64,000 nt of DNA from Monocercomonoides exilis PA203 (GCA_001643675.2 LSRY02000020.1:1302001-1366000), one strand, 5' to 3'. Positions 47,901 through 61,340 are shown, numbered from the stretch's first letter. Translations and numbers: made by a program. The notes: generated from the letters alone by a model not told the origin.

Positions 47901-50900
47901 AACAATCAAGATGGAATGATTGTTAGCAGAGCAACAACTTCTTTTTCGAGCATCAAGTTTTATCTGCCGAGTTCGCTATCTGGAAGGGAAGCTCTATTTC
48001 TGGTGCAGTCAGGATCTTTCTTGTCTGAGCAGTGTGCACTGATGCTTATGTCTGACACAACATTGTCTTTCAGTTTTATTATTTGCATGGGTGGAACAAG
48101 CGCAGTGAAATCACTTGTGGCGAAAGGATTCAAATTAACAGAAGCACCTCTGATGATTTCACGCACGAACGGGCAGCTTAACGTTGAGTTATGCAACATT
48201 TCGAATACAACTTCCGCATCAAACGAAGGAATAATTGATTGCACAAACGGAGGTTCATTGACTCTTCAGAATTCAACAATGGAAGGAATTGAGTGCAGCA
48301 GCAAGGCAGCCATAACGATTGAAAACGGGAAAACAGTGAAAGTGGAAAAAATCAACATGAAATCCATTGAACTCGCAAATGGAAATGGAAGCGCAGTGAA
48401 TATTGTGATGAATACAGGAAATGTTGTTGAGATTAGAGAGTCAACATTTTACAACTGTTTGGCTTGCTCTGGTTGTGGAGGAGGGATATATGCTTCGTTT
48501 GCTGGAAGCGGAAAGCTGAGCATCGGAAAAGATGGAACGCTCACATCGTTTTCAAAGTGTGGAGCAAGTGATACGAGAACTCAATGTGGATTTGGTGGTG
48601 GGCTGTTTGTGAAGGCTGCTGGTCAGTTCAATGATTATTCGGTTTCTTCATTCAGCTTTACGAGCGGTGTTGAAAAAAATTATGCAGCGAAAGGAGGAAG
48701 CAACATGTTTTTTGATGAGGGGAATTTGGCAGATTTGATGAATTCAGGAAAAGTGGATGTTACGATCTCGACAAATGCAGCAGAATACGATGATGCAATG
48801 GGCTTCGAAAATGGCAATGAAGATTATGGAATTCCTCTGGCTCTCTATTTCATTGCTCCATTTCCTCTGCCAGCAGTCGTTGGAGGAAACAACAAGAGAG
48901 ACTTCAGTGGATGTGGCCACTCGGGCTATCCTTGCTCAACAATTGCGTTCACAGCCAATCTTCGTTTTTCTTCGTTGAACAAAGACATCTTGCTTGATCC
49001 TTCATTTATTTGGAGCGAAGAGACAGAAATGAATGTTTGCGAATGGAAAGTGAAATGTGCGCAAAAGAACACAAAAATTGTGATTTCTCCACCACCTCCA
49101 ACAGATTCATCTTCTTTTATAACAGTCACTCAGCCAGCGACAATAACGAATATCACTTTTGTTTTGCCATTATCGCTCAACTCCAGAACGTCTTTGATTC
49201 AGTGTAACGGAAATAGCCTAGCATTAAACAGTTGCGGATTTTCGATTACTAATTCAGAAGAAAGCAACGAAATCAATTTCATCTTTGCAAAAATAATCGG
49301 AGGGATTTTTGTTGCAAATGATTTTGTTGTTGTTGCAGAAACAAACCAAATTACGTTTTCAACCAGTCCATTTTTATTTGAGGGAGGAAGTTCATTCACG
49401 ATACAGAGCTGTGAAATCAACGGAATAACCATGAAGAACGGAAATGGTGGTCTGTTCAGTGCATATGGGAATAGAGAAAGCTGTGGGATTGTGATTGACG
49501 GATGCCAAATAAGTTCATCATGTGAAGACGGAAACGAGCTGAAGGGCGGATCTTTGTTTATCCAGAAACAGGGGAATATGAACGTTGCTGTGAAGAACAC
49601 CAGATTCAGCAGTTGTAATGTGCCAAGCAGCGAAGAATCAAACAGTGGAAGAGGATTAGGAGGAGGGATATATCTGCATATTTCAGATAATAATGGAGTT
49701 TATTCACTGAAAAATCTGATATTCTTTGAATGCAAAGCGTGGAAAGGAAACAACATATTTGTGGATGCCATCAACTTAACTGAAGCAGTTCGAACAGATA
49801 ACTTCCAAATAGCTTGGAGGGAAATGGATAAAATGGATTTGATGGGGTATGAGCGAGTCTCCTGCAATCGAGATTATGCGATTCCTTTAACTGCATTTCT
49901 GACTTCATTTTCTGGAAGCGGATATGTTGGAGGCGAAGCAGATGGAGGACATGATCACTCAGGGTGCGGATTTTCATTTGCGCCTTGCCACACAATCAGC
50001 AAAGTTGTTGAATTGAGATTTGGATCAGCGCAACAGCAAGGTGTTGTTGAAGTACTCCCATCTTTCCAGCTGGATAGCTGCACAAGGCTTGCCTCGTGTT
50101 CTGTTTCTATTTTGGCGACAACAAAAAATACTTCTGTTTTTGTTTGCAGCAACGGAAGCGGGGAAGGGGATGGTTTGATCGAGACAGAAGCAGATGTTTC
50201 AATTTCGAATATTACGTTTTCCTTGCCTCCAAGCTTCGTTGAAACGCCTCGTTTGTTTCTGATTCTGTGCCAGCAATCAACTTTGAACATTGCTAATTGC
50301 TCAGCAACAAGGCAAATAGAAAGCGAGGCAATCGAATTCAGCATTCTTTGTGCAACAGGAGGCGAAGTTCATTTGACTGAATTTGAGCTGAAAAGAATTG
50401 ATTTTGGAGATATTGCAGCAATTGAGCTGAGAGGACAAGGAACATCATTATCTGTTGCAGGATGCACTTTTGAAGCGGTTGGAAGTCTGACACATAATGG
50501 ACTGATTCACTTGACCGAAGAATCTTCAGCCGACATCAAGAAGCTAACAGTCAATGGCTCATCACTGGAAAGTGGCAGCGTTATTTCATTTGGGGAAGGA
50601 AGCGCAATGAAAATGCATTCAAGTGAATTGTCGAACGTGACTCGCAACAACGGGAATGGCTCAGTCTTTTCAGGCGTTATTGGACAGGGAAAGCGAGTGG
50701 AGATCAGCAACTGTGTGTTTTCGAAAGCTATGTGCCAAGGCGAGATTCCATTTGGTGGAATGGGAGCATTCAATGTGTCGAATGGAGGAGAACTGATATT
50801 CACTCTGAACAGAGTGGAGAGCTGCACTGCGCTGGGAGCACAGGGATATGGAGGAGGACTGCATCTGAAATTCGATGCGAATGTTCAGTATTCTATGAAG

Positions 50901-53900
50901 TCAAACACTTTCACAGGAAATCTTGCTTCAAAGGGAAGTGATCTGTTTCTGCTTTGCGGGAATCCAGAAACGCTGATCAAAGAAGATCTGTGGTTTGGGA
51001 CAATTGACGAATTGAGCACACCTGAGCCAAATTTCTGGGTTATGGACTCCGTTGAAAGCACAGAAATTGACTATTCAATCAAGAAATATCTGTTTTCTGG
51101 AACAGGAGATATCATCTTTGTTGAGGCAGGAAAAAGCACGTTGCCGAACTGTGGAAGCGATGCAAATCCATGCGATCGATTGGAGGTTGGTGTCAGCAAC
51201 CTGAAAGAGAACCAGACGACTGTTCAGATCAACAACCACAACTGGGTCTCTGGAGAGATGAGAAGAGATGGGAAGCGGCTGACCATCCGCGGAGTAGCTG
51301 ACAAATCCGAGCTGAGAGTTGAAAGCAACGGTTTCTTCAATGTGGTTGATGGTTTAACGCCAACAGTGCTTCTTCTCAACAGACTGATTTTCAAACTTCC
51401 TGCCTCTCCGGCAGAAGGTAATGTTGGCGTTATTCGGATGAATGGGGGACGAGTGGCAATCCTGAATTGTGAGTTTGGAGGGAGCGAAGGTTCTGAAGAA
51501 GCTGGAAAGCTTTGGATCGTTGTTGGAGAAAGAGGAAAGGCACAGCTTGAGAGCGTATCATTTTCTTATCTGACTTTTTTGTCGAGCTTCGGAATAGCTC
51601 GGTTGGAGAGAGGAGAGATGTCTATCAACAATCTGAATGCATCTTATGTTGTATCAGAAGGAGATGGATTGATCCAGGAAATTGAAGGAGAAAGATTTGA
51701 AATCAATGCAGCGAATATTTCTGATTGCTCTGCTTCATGCGGAGGAATATTTGTGCTGAGGAACGTGGAGCGGGCATCCATTTCTCGAGGATGTGAATTT
51801 GTGAGATGCATATCGCGCAATGGCGATGGAGGCGTTGTTGAATGTGAGCTTGCCTTTAAGAATAGTTTCGACATAGAAAATGTTGAAATAAGTGAATGCG
51901 AAGCTAATGAGACATGCGGAAGAGGAGGAGGCATTTTTCTTTGTTTAAGCGACGATTCCACAAACTACTTAAATTTCAGAGAAATTGTGTTTTTTGAAAA
52001 TAAAGCTTTGTACGGGAGGGATTTATTTATCAGCTGTTCTGATTTGAATCAAACAGCGAGCTGGCATAGCTTCTCTTTAAACATATTAGACGAAAATGGC
52101 GTTTCTGTTGTGGATATGAAAGGAATTGATAAAAGATTTTTTGGTGAACCTGTTGATCTGCTTCTATTTCTGGTGACATACCATTCGAATGAGGTGTTTG
52201 TTGACCAAAATGGAATTGAAGTGATGGGATGCGGCAGCTTGAATTTTCCCTGCAACACTTTCTGGAGGGGTGTGAATAATGCCAATTTGAATTCTTCGCA
52301 TAGAATTATATGGATTGGCTCAAACGCAATCATTCAAGATGAATATGATCTGTCCAATTTCGAGGTCAAATCTTCAGTCTCTGAAGCACATGCAAAGCTT
52401 GATTTTGCTTCTGAAATTATTCGTTCCGACTTTTCTTCAGCGTTGATTGTCAATTCGAAGAATCTTCAATTTTGCCTTGTTGATTTCGTGTTGCCGTTGG
52501 AATTCAGCACCAATCGTAAAGTTCTGATATCTTCTTCTCCTGAAAATGGGATGCTTCATTTGATTGATTGTGCATTTTCAGCGAGGCAACAAGGCACAAT
52601 TTCGTTTTCGCTGATTTCTGTGAATGGAGGAACATTTTCGCTGATTCGTTGTACAATTGAAGATGTGAAGTTTGATTTCACGCCGATTTCTGCTTCTTCT
52701 TCTTCGGCTGTAATTGAAGCATGCAATATTTCTGGGGCCAAAACAGAGAATGGGGCAGAAGGCGGAGCACTTCGAATCACGTTGAAAGCAGAGCAGCAAT
52801 TGATGATCAACAAAACAATAGGAAAAAATTGTGAATGCTCACAGACAATTGGAAAAGGTGGATTTCTTTATGTTGACTGCTCAAACTCAGAAATCGGAAC
52901 TCCTTTTGTTTTTGATGCAATTGTTTTGGAAGCCAATGAAGCGAAAATTGGGGAGCATATTTACATTTTGTCGTTTGATTTGAATGTAACTGTGGCATCA
53001 TCTTCATTCGTGTTTGATTATTCTTCAATGGAAAATGCAGCAAATCTGTTTGTGGGGAGTGACGATGTCTTCAACAATGCCAACCTCTTCAGATTTCTTG
53101 TGAGTTATTCGAATTTCCAGATAGACGTTTCTTCACTTGGCTTTGATGTGAAGAGGTGTGGAAGTCCAGACGATCCGTGCTTTTCTTTCTGGAAAGGGAT
53201 GCAGCAGATTGACGGAAGCGAGACAAAAAAGGAGATAATAATTCACGACACGACAGTTTTGAAGGACAGCTTTGTTCTTTCCGACTTCAAGATATGCTCT
53301 GGAACAACATCTGAAGTGGAAGCCAGCCATTCGATGTTGGCTGTGAGCCAAGAAGAACCAGTGGAAGGAAAAGGATTGATCAGAAACAATAAGGCTCTGA
53401 CATTTTCGTGGATAATTCTATCAGTGGAGTTTATACATGAAAATGGAGAAGAAACCATTGTGAAAAACGAAGATGGAACTTTAACGTTTGAAGAGTGCTG
53501 GTTTTCTTCAACAAGCACGGGCAATATGGCACAAAACTATGTGTTTGCGGAAATGGGGAAAGGAACGCTGATTGTTGATGGACTGAATGTTGAAAGGATC
53601 CATACGAAGCGAGGCGTATTCAATGTATTTGGCAAATGCGAATGCAGAATGAACAAAATGAATGTTCTTTCATCCACAATTGAGAGCGGAAGCATAATTA
53701 ACGTGAAGAATGCAGCAGAAACAACAAGACGCAATATGAAAACAATGATAAATATAAATGAATCGACATTCTTTTCTGTTTCAAGGAAGGATGATGGATC
53801 GTGTGTTAGCAGCAGCAATTGCAGCAGTGAAAGTGTTGAAATGATAGTGAGAAATTCGTCAATCGAATCGTGCAAAGCTCTTTCGTCTGAGAAAGGCGGT

Positions 53901-56885
53901 TCTCTTTTCTTTGTACTGAGTTTGGATGGCTCGCTGAAAGTGGAAGATTCACGAATAGCGCAATGCTCTTGTTCTGTTGCAAGCGGAAGAGGAGGAGGAG
54001 CATTCTTGGAGTGTAAGGAAAGAGGAGAATTGAACTTTCTTTTCAAAAATATCACATTTTCTGGCAATGAGGCATTTGTTGGCCGAGACATTTTCATTGA
54101 ATGCACAAACATCTCGAACCAAATCAACGAGACACAGTTTGTGATGGATTTGAGAGCGGACTCTTTTATTCGCCTGAATGCGATGTATGGGATTGATCCA
54201 ACACTCTCCGAGCCAGTTGATTTGATTGAAGTGATGACATTCTTCCAGGCAAGCATGATTGTTGTCTCTAATGTGTTTGGGAATAGCGGAGCGAACGATC
54301 GGCAGTGTGGCACAAACACTCATCCCTGTCTGTCTGTTGGATATGGTGCCAGCCATCTTGTTGGTGACTTCCTGAGAATTGTGGCTATTGATGAGCAAAG
54401 TGAGATTGAAAAGGAGATTGAGCTGAGCGATATCACCATTCAGTCGAAAAGCTTCGCAAAAGCAAAGCTGGTTGTGTTATCAGCTATTCCTGCTGTTGGC
54501 CCAGCTCTGATTAAAACGAAAGGAAGAAATCGCCTGGAATCAATCGAATTCCTGTTTGCAGACTTATTTTCATCGGATCACAAGGCAATTCTGGAAATTG
54601 ATGAAGGCAGCATGCTGATCGTCGATGTTGCGTTTAAGCCAGAGAATACGAATTCAAAAGTTGGTTTTAATGAACTTATTCGGATGAAAGGAGGGATGCT
54701 GGACTTTGATAAAATTTCCATTGAACAGATAGAAACTATTTCGTTATGCTCTTTCGAAAAAGGAATTGTCCAATTACGTTCTGCTTCAATTGCGAATGTT
54801 GTGTCACTTCAGGATTTGTTTGTTGTGTTGTGCGAAGACATCTCGATGAAGGAAGTGGTGATTAGTGAGGCAGTAAGCCAAAAGAGCATCATCAGTTTTG
54901 ATGGAGCAGAGAACAAAGCGCAGAGCGTTACAATGAAATCAGCTTTGTATGAATGTACAATTTTGAATGTTTCGTGCAAAGGAGATACGCCTCTTGTTTG
55001 TATCAGCAACAGGAGAAATGTGAATATATCAAATTGTGAAATAGGCAATTCCTCGTCAAAAGCTGAGAAAGGGAAAATTGTATCCTTGCTTTCTTGCTCT
55101 GAAATTTTCATGGATTCATGCGTTTTCAGTGGGGATTTAGAAAATTCAAAAGAAAATAACAACAATGAGATTAAATCAGATCTTTGTGAATGGAATGGAT
55201 CTCTTGTGGATACAGAATATAGCTCAGTGGTGATGAAAGATACAACAATATCAAATTCACAAGAGGGAGGACTTTCGATGAGTGGAGGAAATGTGGTAAT
55301 TGAAATGGGAATGTTCAACAACAACAAGCCATCAATTGAAGGATATCCTTCAGCGAGGAGAAACATCATCTGTTCAGATTCAGGACTGCTGGATGTTGTA
55401 AGCTTGAAAGGTGGAGATGGGATATTACCAAACACATCGCTTTGGATTTTGGACGAGGAATGCAACTTGGGAGGAATTGCAGGAGAAAGAGGATCAGCAT
55501 TTTTCATACCCGTTTTGGATTCTGCACAAATGGAAAAAACAGAAAACACAACGAAGATCATTTTTATGGGGAATTTGCTTCTTCCATGCAATCTTTTGTT
55601 TCAAATTGTGACTACCATTAACAATGAAAAGTCAATTTCAACGTTCCATTTCAAAGACGAAGATTGCGTTTCGGAGACAAAAATCTTCTCTGTTATTAAT
55701 TCGGGCTTTGTTGATTCAGCTCCAGAAGAAGCAGAAGTATCTGTGTGCATTCTATTTGGGAATACCTACAATCCATCGTCTACTGAATCATTCATTTTGA
55801 AGAACAAAAGTGAAACTGAACAAAATGGAGATGGCAATGTTGTGAAAGGAGAAAACAAAATTGAATGGGGCATTATTGCCTTTATTTGTTGCGTTGTCGT
55901 TCTTTTAATTTTTGCAGTAATGTTTGTTGTTGTAATTGTACTTTTGCGAAAGAAACTGAATGAAGCGGAAAAGAAAGCGAAGAAAACAGGATCGGAATAC
56001 GAGCAAATAAATGAAAATGCAGAAAGGAGAAGGGAAAACGATGGAAAAAGCTTTGAAATGAGTGAGATGCCATCCACGATTCTGGAAGGGATGACGAGCC
56101 AAATTCCACTTCTGATAGACAATGATGAAATTCTTCCAGAGCCTCCATCAATGACTGATGAAATTCTGAATGAAAATGATCTGCCAGATTTGGAATCTCC
56201 ATTGCCATTGTCTGAGGATGCTTCTGTTTCTGGGGTGTTGCAACCGCATTCATTAAGTGTTATATCAGCAAAGAAGCCATTTCGAGAAAAGGAGAAAAAG
56301 AACATCAAAACATTGCATTCAGTGATTCATTCAGTGCAAGGTAATTTTACAATGGGAACAAGAGCGATGGATGTTGTTGATGGGAAGGAGGTGGTTTTGG
56401 CGGTGGCAGAACTGTTTGAGCATTTGATTTCAGTTGGAGACGAAAGGGCGGAAATGATGGCAAGGCAGCTGTGTCCATATACAATCTTTGTTGAGGAAGG
56501 AAGTAATGAAATATTTGTTTTGACAGAGGAATTGGAAGATGAAAAGCAAAATAATGAACTGAGGCGATGGAAGGCTCCAGAAATGGGAGATGAAAGCGAT
56601 GAAAATGAGGAAGTGGAAGATGATGAAGTTGAAAAAGCAGTTGTTTTCACACTTGGACTGATTTTCCATGAAATGGCAACAGGGGAAGTGCCTTTGAGCG
56701 AGTGTGACGCGGAGGAAGCGCAGGAGATGATGAGAGATGGGGTGCGACCGCTGACAGAAGGAATTGAAGGAGAAGAGCTGGTTGAGTTCTTGGAAAATAT
56801 GTGGGCAGATGAACAAAACGATAGGCCTTTTCTGAATGAAATTATTGAAAAATTGAAAACTTTTTTTGATAATGAAGAAGATTGA
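44976..56885 (+). CDS. Giant (~3970 codons) beta-helix-repeat receptor-like protein with TM and degenerate kinase C-lobe; one in-frame TGA at 47382-47384 (pseudogene, sequence error or recoding)
   Basis: ORFs 44970-47384 and 47436-56885 are in the same frame, separated only by TGA. Eight CGx4-5(P/Q)C modules; TM WGIIAFICCVVVLLIFAVMFVVVIVLL ~55866-55946; tail RWKAPE...VFTLGLIFHEMATGEVP...MWADEQNDRPFLNEII (kinase subdomains VIII-XI). Confidence 0.8.
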
Positions 56886-58468
56886 AATTATAAAAAGAAA
56901 TAAATTTAAAGAAAGAAAAATGAGTGTTGAACAAGGAATGCAAGAGGTGGAAAATGACAATGTGTTTCAGAATGATTATCAGTTATCAATTGTGGATGAA
57001 TTATATCATTTGGGGAAAAAACGAAACAATTTATCAGAATTGAAGAAATAATAGCTAAGATTCAATGGATTTGAAAAAGAAAGATTAATAATTCTTGAGA
57101 TTCCCTGAACGATTAAAAAAATGTCAGATTCAAATTTTGGTGAAGAATGTCATGAAAGCATGGCAGAAAAAGCAAAATGTGCAGAAATAACATGATTGCA
57201 TAAAATATAATGCAAAACATATTCATTGATTTATATTGGAACATTATTAGGCTGTGCTATTTAATATTACAACTTTATGTGAATAGTCAAAAATTCGTGT
57301 TCTTATGAGATATTTTTTGACATTATGCTTATTTATTTCATTTTGACTCCAAAATTTGGAGCATATTTTAGAAAATATTTGCTTTCATACATCTTTCCTC
57401 ACAAATTTTTGCGTATAAACACCCAAGAAGACTTTTTAAAATTATTTAAATTATTGTTATATATTTAGTCTAGGGGCGCTTTGCTTTGAAGTTTTTATCT
57501 ATTTTTACCAATTTTGTATCACTTGATCAAATAAAATTGTCAAAATTAAAAGAACAAATTGTTTATTAGTTGTGTGAATCGTCATTTTTTCTTTTCAAAG
57601 AGTTATTCATTTGTCAACAAAATTTTAATTTTAAAGATGTTGAGTGTTGCTTCAGTTTATTTTTCATTTGAAAAAGAGGACAATTACACATACTTGGACG
57701 TGTCATTATTAAAAATTAATACAAAAGGGATATTGACTCATTTCCTTTGATGTTATAAAAAATGAATTTTTAAACATCACAAAAGATAATATTATTCTAG
57801 CAGAAATTTGAATCGTTCAGTTTGATCAAATATCTGTTCCAGATAACCAAATATTAAAAAAAAACTTTTCAAATAAAATAATCAAAATAAAAAAAGTGAA
57901 AGAAAATGAGAGAGAAAAGAAAGTGCAAATAAATAGATGAATAAATGATTAATTGAATGAATGAATAAAAAACGAAAATAAGAAATCATCTGATGCACAT
58001 TTGAAATAAAACATAATGAGAAACACAATGATGTGAAGCGATTTCAAAAGTGAAAGTGAAAGAGAAAGAGAAAGAGAAAGAGAAAGTGAAAGAGAAAGAG
58101 AAAGTGAAATAAAAAGAGAAAGAGAAAGAAAAAGAGAAAACAGTTCATGAGGGATTGAATAAATGTGAAATTGAATGGTTGAAAGAATGGTGAATTATTG
58201 ATTGAATTGATAAAATAAATAATTGAGTGAGTGAGTGAGTGAATGAACTTTGAAAGTGAAAGAGTGAGAGAGGATGAGAATGTGGAAAAGAAGGAATGAG
58301 GGAAGGAAAGTAGAAAGAGTGAAGTGGTAATTAATAGAGAGTGGGAGGGTGTGAATGTGAATGTGTGAAAGAAAGGAGAAGAAAGTTATAGTTGAAGAGA
58401 AAGAGAAAGAGAAAGAAATTGAAAAAGAGGGAGAAAGAAAAAGAAAGAAATAAAGAAATAAAGAAATA

Positions 58469-58516
<48 letters not shown>

Positions 58517-58548
58517 AAAGAAGGATAGATGGGGAAGATGGGGAAGAT

Positions 58549-58555
58549 TATAAAA
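58549..58555 (+). promoter_or_regulatory. TATA box ~31 bp upstream of the 5S start (repeated in every unit)
   Basis: TATAAAA at -31 within an otherwise purine-rich tract, present in all five units. Confidence 0.6.
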
Positions 58556-58579
58556 GGGATGGTTGAGGAAGTGTGTGTG

Positions 58580-58697
58580 AGCTACGGCCATAGTTGGTCA
58601 TACGCACCGGATCCCTTCAGACCTCCGAAGTTAAGCGGCCAACGCTGGGTTAGTACTTGGATGGGTGACCGCCTGGAAAAACCCAGTGCTGTAGCTT
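58580..58697 (+). rRNA. 5S rRNA copy 1
   Basis: Terminal helix AGCUAC/GUAGCU; CCGGATCCC, GAAGTTAAGC (box A), GGTTAGTACTTGGATGGGTGACCGCCTGG (box C region); ~118 nt followed by a T-run. Confidence 0.95.
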
Positions 58698-58706
58698 TTC
58701 TTTTTC
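58696..58706 (+). terminator. RNA polymerase III oligo-T terminator (repeated after each 5S copy)
   Basis: TTTTCTTTTT immediately after the 5S 3' end. Confidence 0.75.
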
Positions 58707-59790
58707 ATCTTTTTCATCTTATTCATTATTTTTTCTCTTTTTTCTTTTTTCTTATCTTTATTTTTATTTTTATTTTTATTTTTATTTTTATTTTTATTTT
58801 TATTTCTATTTTTATTTCTATTTTTAATTTTCTTTTTTTTATCTTTTTCTTTATCTCATTTTCTTTTCTTTTTTTTCTTTCTTTCCTTTTTCTCTTTTTC
58901 TCTTTTTCTATTTCTCATTCATAGAACCTCTTCTCTTTTCTTTTCACACCTTCTCTTCTTTTCTCTTCACTTATTCATTCCTCTCCTCTTTTTCAATTCT
59001 CCTTTTCACTTTTTCCTCTTTCCCTTCACTTTCTATCCTGCCTTCATTATTAATTATTATTTTTCTTTAACTATCATTCCCCACATTCCCTTCTATTACC
59101 CATCTCAAATCAATTTCTTAATTGGAAATATACAAGATGAATGAAAACAAAATGTTAAGAATACAAAATGAGAGAGAAAAAGAAAATCAGGGAGAAAGAG
59201 AAAAGAAAGTGCAAATGGATAGATGAATAAAGTGATGAACAAATGATCAATTAATTGAATGAATGAATAAAAAAAGAAAATAAGAAATCATCCAACGAAC
59301 ATTTGAGATAAAACATAATGAGAAACACAATGATGTGAAGCGATTTCAAAAGTGAAAGTGAAAGAGAAAGAGAAAGAGAAAGAGAAAGAAAAAGAGAAAG
59401 AAAAAGAAAAAGAAAAAGAAAAAGAAAAAGAAAAAGAGAAAACAGTTCATGAGGGATTGAATAAATGTGAAATTGAATGGTTGAAAGAATTGTGAAATAT
59501 TGATTGAATTGATAAAATGAATAATTGAGTGAGTGAGTGAGTGAGTGAGTGAATGAATGAATGAATGAACTTTGAAAGTGAAAGAGTGAGAGAGGATGAG
59601 AATGTGGGAAAGAAGGAATGAGGGAAAGAAAGGAGAAAAAGTGAAGTGGTAATTAAAAGAAAGTGGGAGGGTGTGAATGTGAATGTGTGAAAGAAAGGAG
59701 AAGAAAGTTATAGTTGAAGAGAAAGAGAAAGAGAAAGAAATTGAAAAAGAGGGAGAAAGAAAAAGAAAGAAATAAAGAAATAAAGAAATA

Positions 59791-59838
<48 letters not shown>

Positions 59839-59901
59839 AAAGAAGGATAGATGGGGAAGATGGGGAAGATTATAAAAGGGATGGTTGAGGAAGTGTGTGT
59901 G

Positions 59902-60019
59902 AGCTACGGCCATAGTTGGTCATACGCACCGGATCCCTTCAGACCTCCGAAGTTAAGCGGCCAACGCTGGGTTAGTACTTGGATGGGTGACCGCCTGGAA
60001 AAACCCAGTGCTGTAGCTT
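59902..60019 (+). rRNA. 5S rRNA copy 2
   Basis: Same sequence as copy 1. Confidence 0.95.
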
Positions 60020-61222
60020 TTCTTTTTCATCTTTTTCATCTTATTCATTATTTTTTCTCTTTTTTCTTTTTTCTTATCTTTATTTTTATTTTTATTTTTA
60101 TTTTTATTTTTATTTTTATTTTTATTTCTATTTTTATTTCTATTTTTAATTTTCTTTTTTTTATCTTTTTCTTTATCTCATTTTCTTTTCTTTTTTTCTT
60201 TCTTTCCTTTTTCTCTTTTTCTCTTTTTCTATTTCTCATTCATAGAACCTCTTCTCTTTTCTTTTCACACCTTCTCTTCTTTTCTCTTCACTTATTCATT
60301 CCTCTCCTCTTTTTCAATTCTCCTTTTCACTTTTTCCTCTTTCCCTTCACTTTCTATCCTGCCTTCGTTATTAATTATTATTTTTCTTTAACTATCATTC
60401 CCCACATTCCCTTCTATTACCCATCTCAAATCAATTTCTTAATTGGAAATATACAAGATGAATGAAAACAAAATGTTAAGAATACAAAATGAGAGAGAAA
60501 AAGAAAATCAGGGAGAAAGAGAAAAGAAAGTGCAAATGGATAGATGAATAAAGTGATGAACAAATGATCAATTAATTGAATGAATGAATAAAAAAAGAAA
60601 ATAAGAAATCATCCAACGAACATTTGAGATAAAACATAATGAGAAACACAATGATGTGAAGCGATTTCAAAAGTGAAAGTGAAAGAGAAAGAGAAAGAGA
60701 AAGAGAAAGAAAAAGAAAAGAAAAAAGAAAAAGAAAAAGAAAAAGAAAAAGAAAAGAGAAAACAGTTCATGAGGGATTGAATAAATGTGAAATTGAATGG
60801 TTGAAAGAATTGTGAAATATTGATTGAATTGATAAAATGAATAATTGAGTGAGTGAGTGAGTGAGTGAGTGAATGAATGAATGAATGAACTTTGAAAGTG
60901 AAAGAGTGAGAGAGGATGAGAATGTGGGAAAGAAGGAATGAGGGAAAGAAAGGAGAAAAAGTGAAGTGGTAATTAAAAGAAAGTGGGAGGGTGTGAATGT
61001 GAATGTGTGAAAGAAAGGAGAAGAAAGTTATAGTTGAAGAGAAAGAGAAAGAGAAAGAAATTGAAAAAGAGGGAGAAAGAAAAAGAAAGAAATAAAGAAA
61101 TAAAGAAATAAAGAAAGAAAGAAAGAAAGAAAGAAAAGAAAGAAAGAAAGAAAGAAAGAAAAGAAGGATAGATGGGGAAGATGGGGAAGATTATAAAAGG
61201 GATGGTTGAGGAAGTGTGTGTG

Positions 61223-61340
61223 AGCTACGGCCATAGTTGGTCATACGCACCGGATCCCTTCAGACCTCCGAAGTTAAGCGGCCAACGCTGGGTTAGTACT
61301 TGGATGGGTGACCGCCTGGAAAAACCCAGTGCTGTAGCTT
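61223..61340 (+). rRNA. 5S rRNA copy 3
   Basis: Same sequence as copy 1. Confidence 0.95.

Noticed and set aside
734-56960. Numerous antisense and alternate-frame ORFs within the large genes
   Set aside because: Shadows of biased codon usage and trinucleotide repeats (poly-F/L/S/E), with no independent motifs.
56886-57100. Possible SECIS element downstream of the TGA-containing gene
   Set aside because: ATGA and AA/GA strings occur, but I could not build the required helix with a proper non-Watson-Crick quartet by eye.
59320-59350. atgatgtgaagcg in the 5S spacer as a snoRNA box C or other small RNA
   Set aside because: Not a canonical RUGAUGA, with no matching CUGA box D or terminal stem; no Sm site or SL features recognised.
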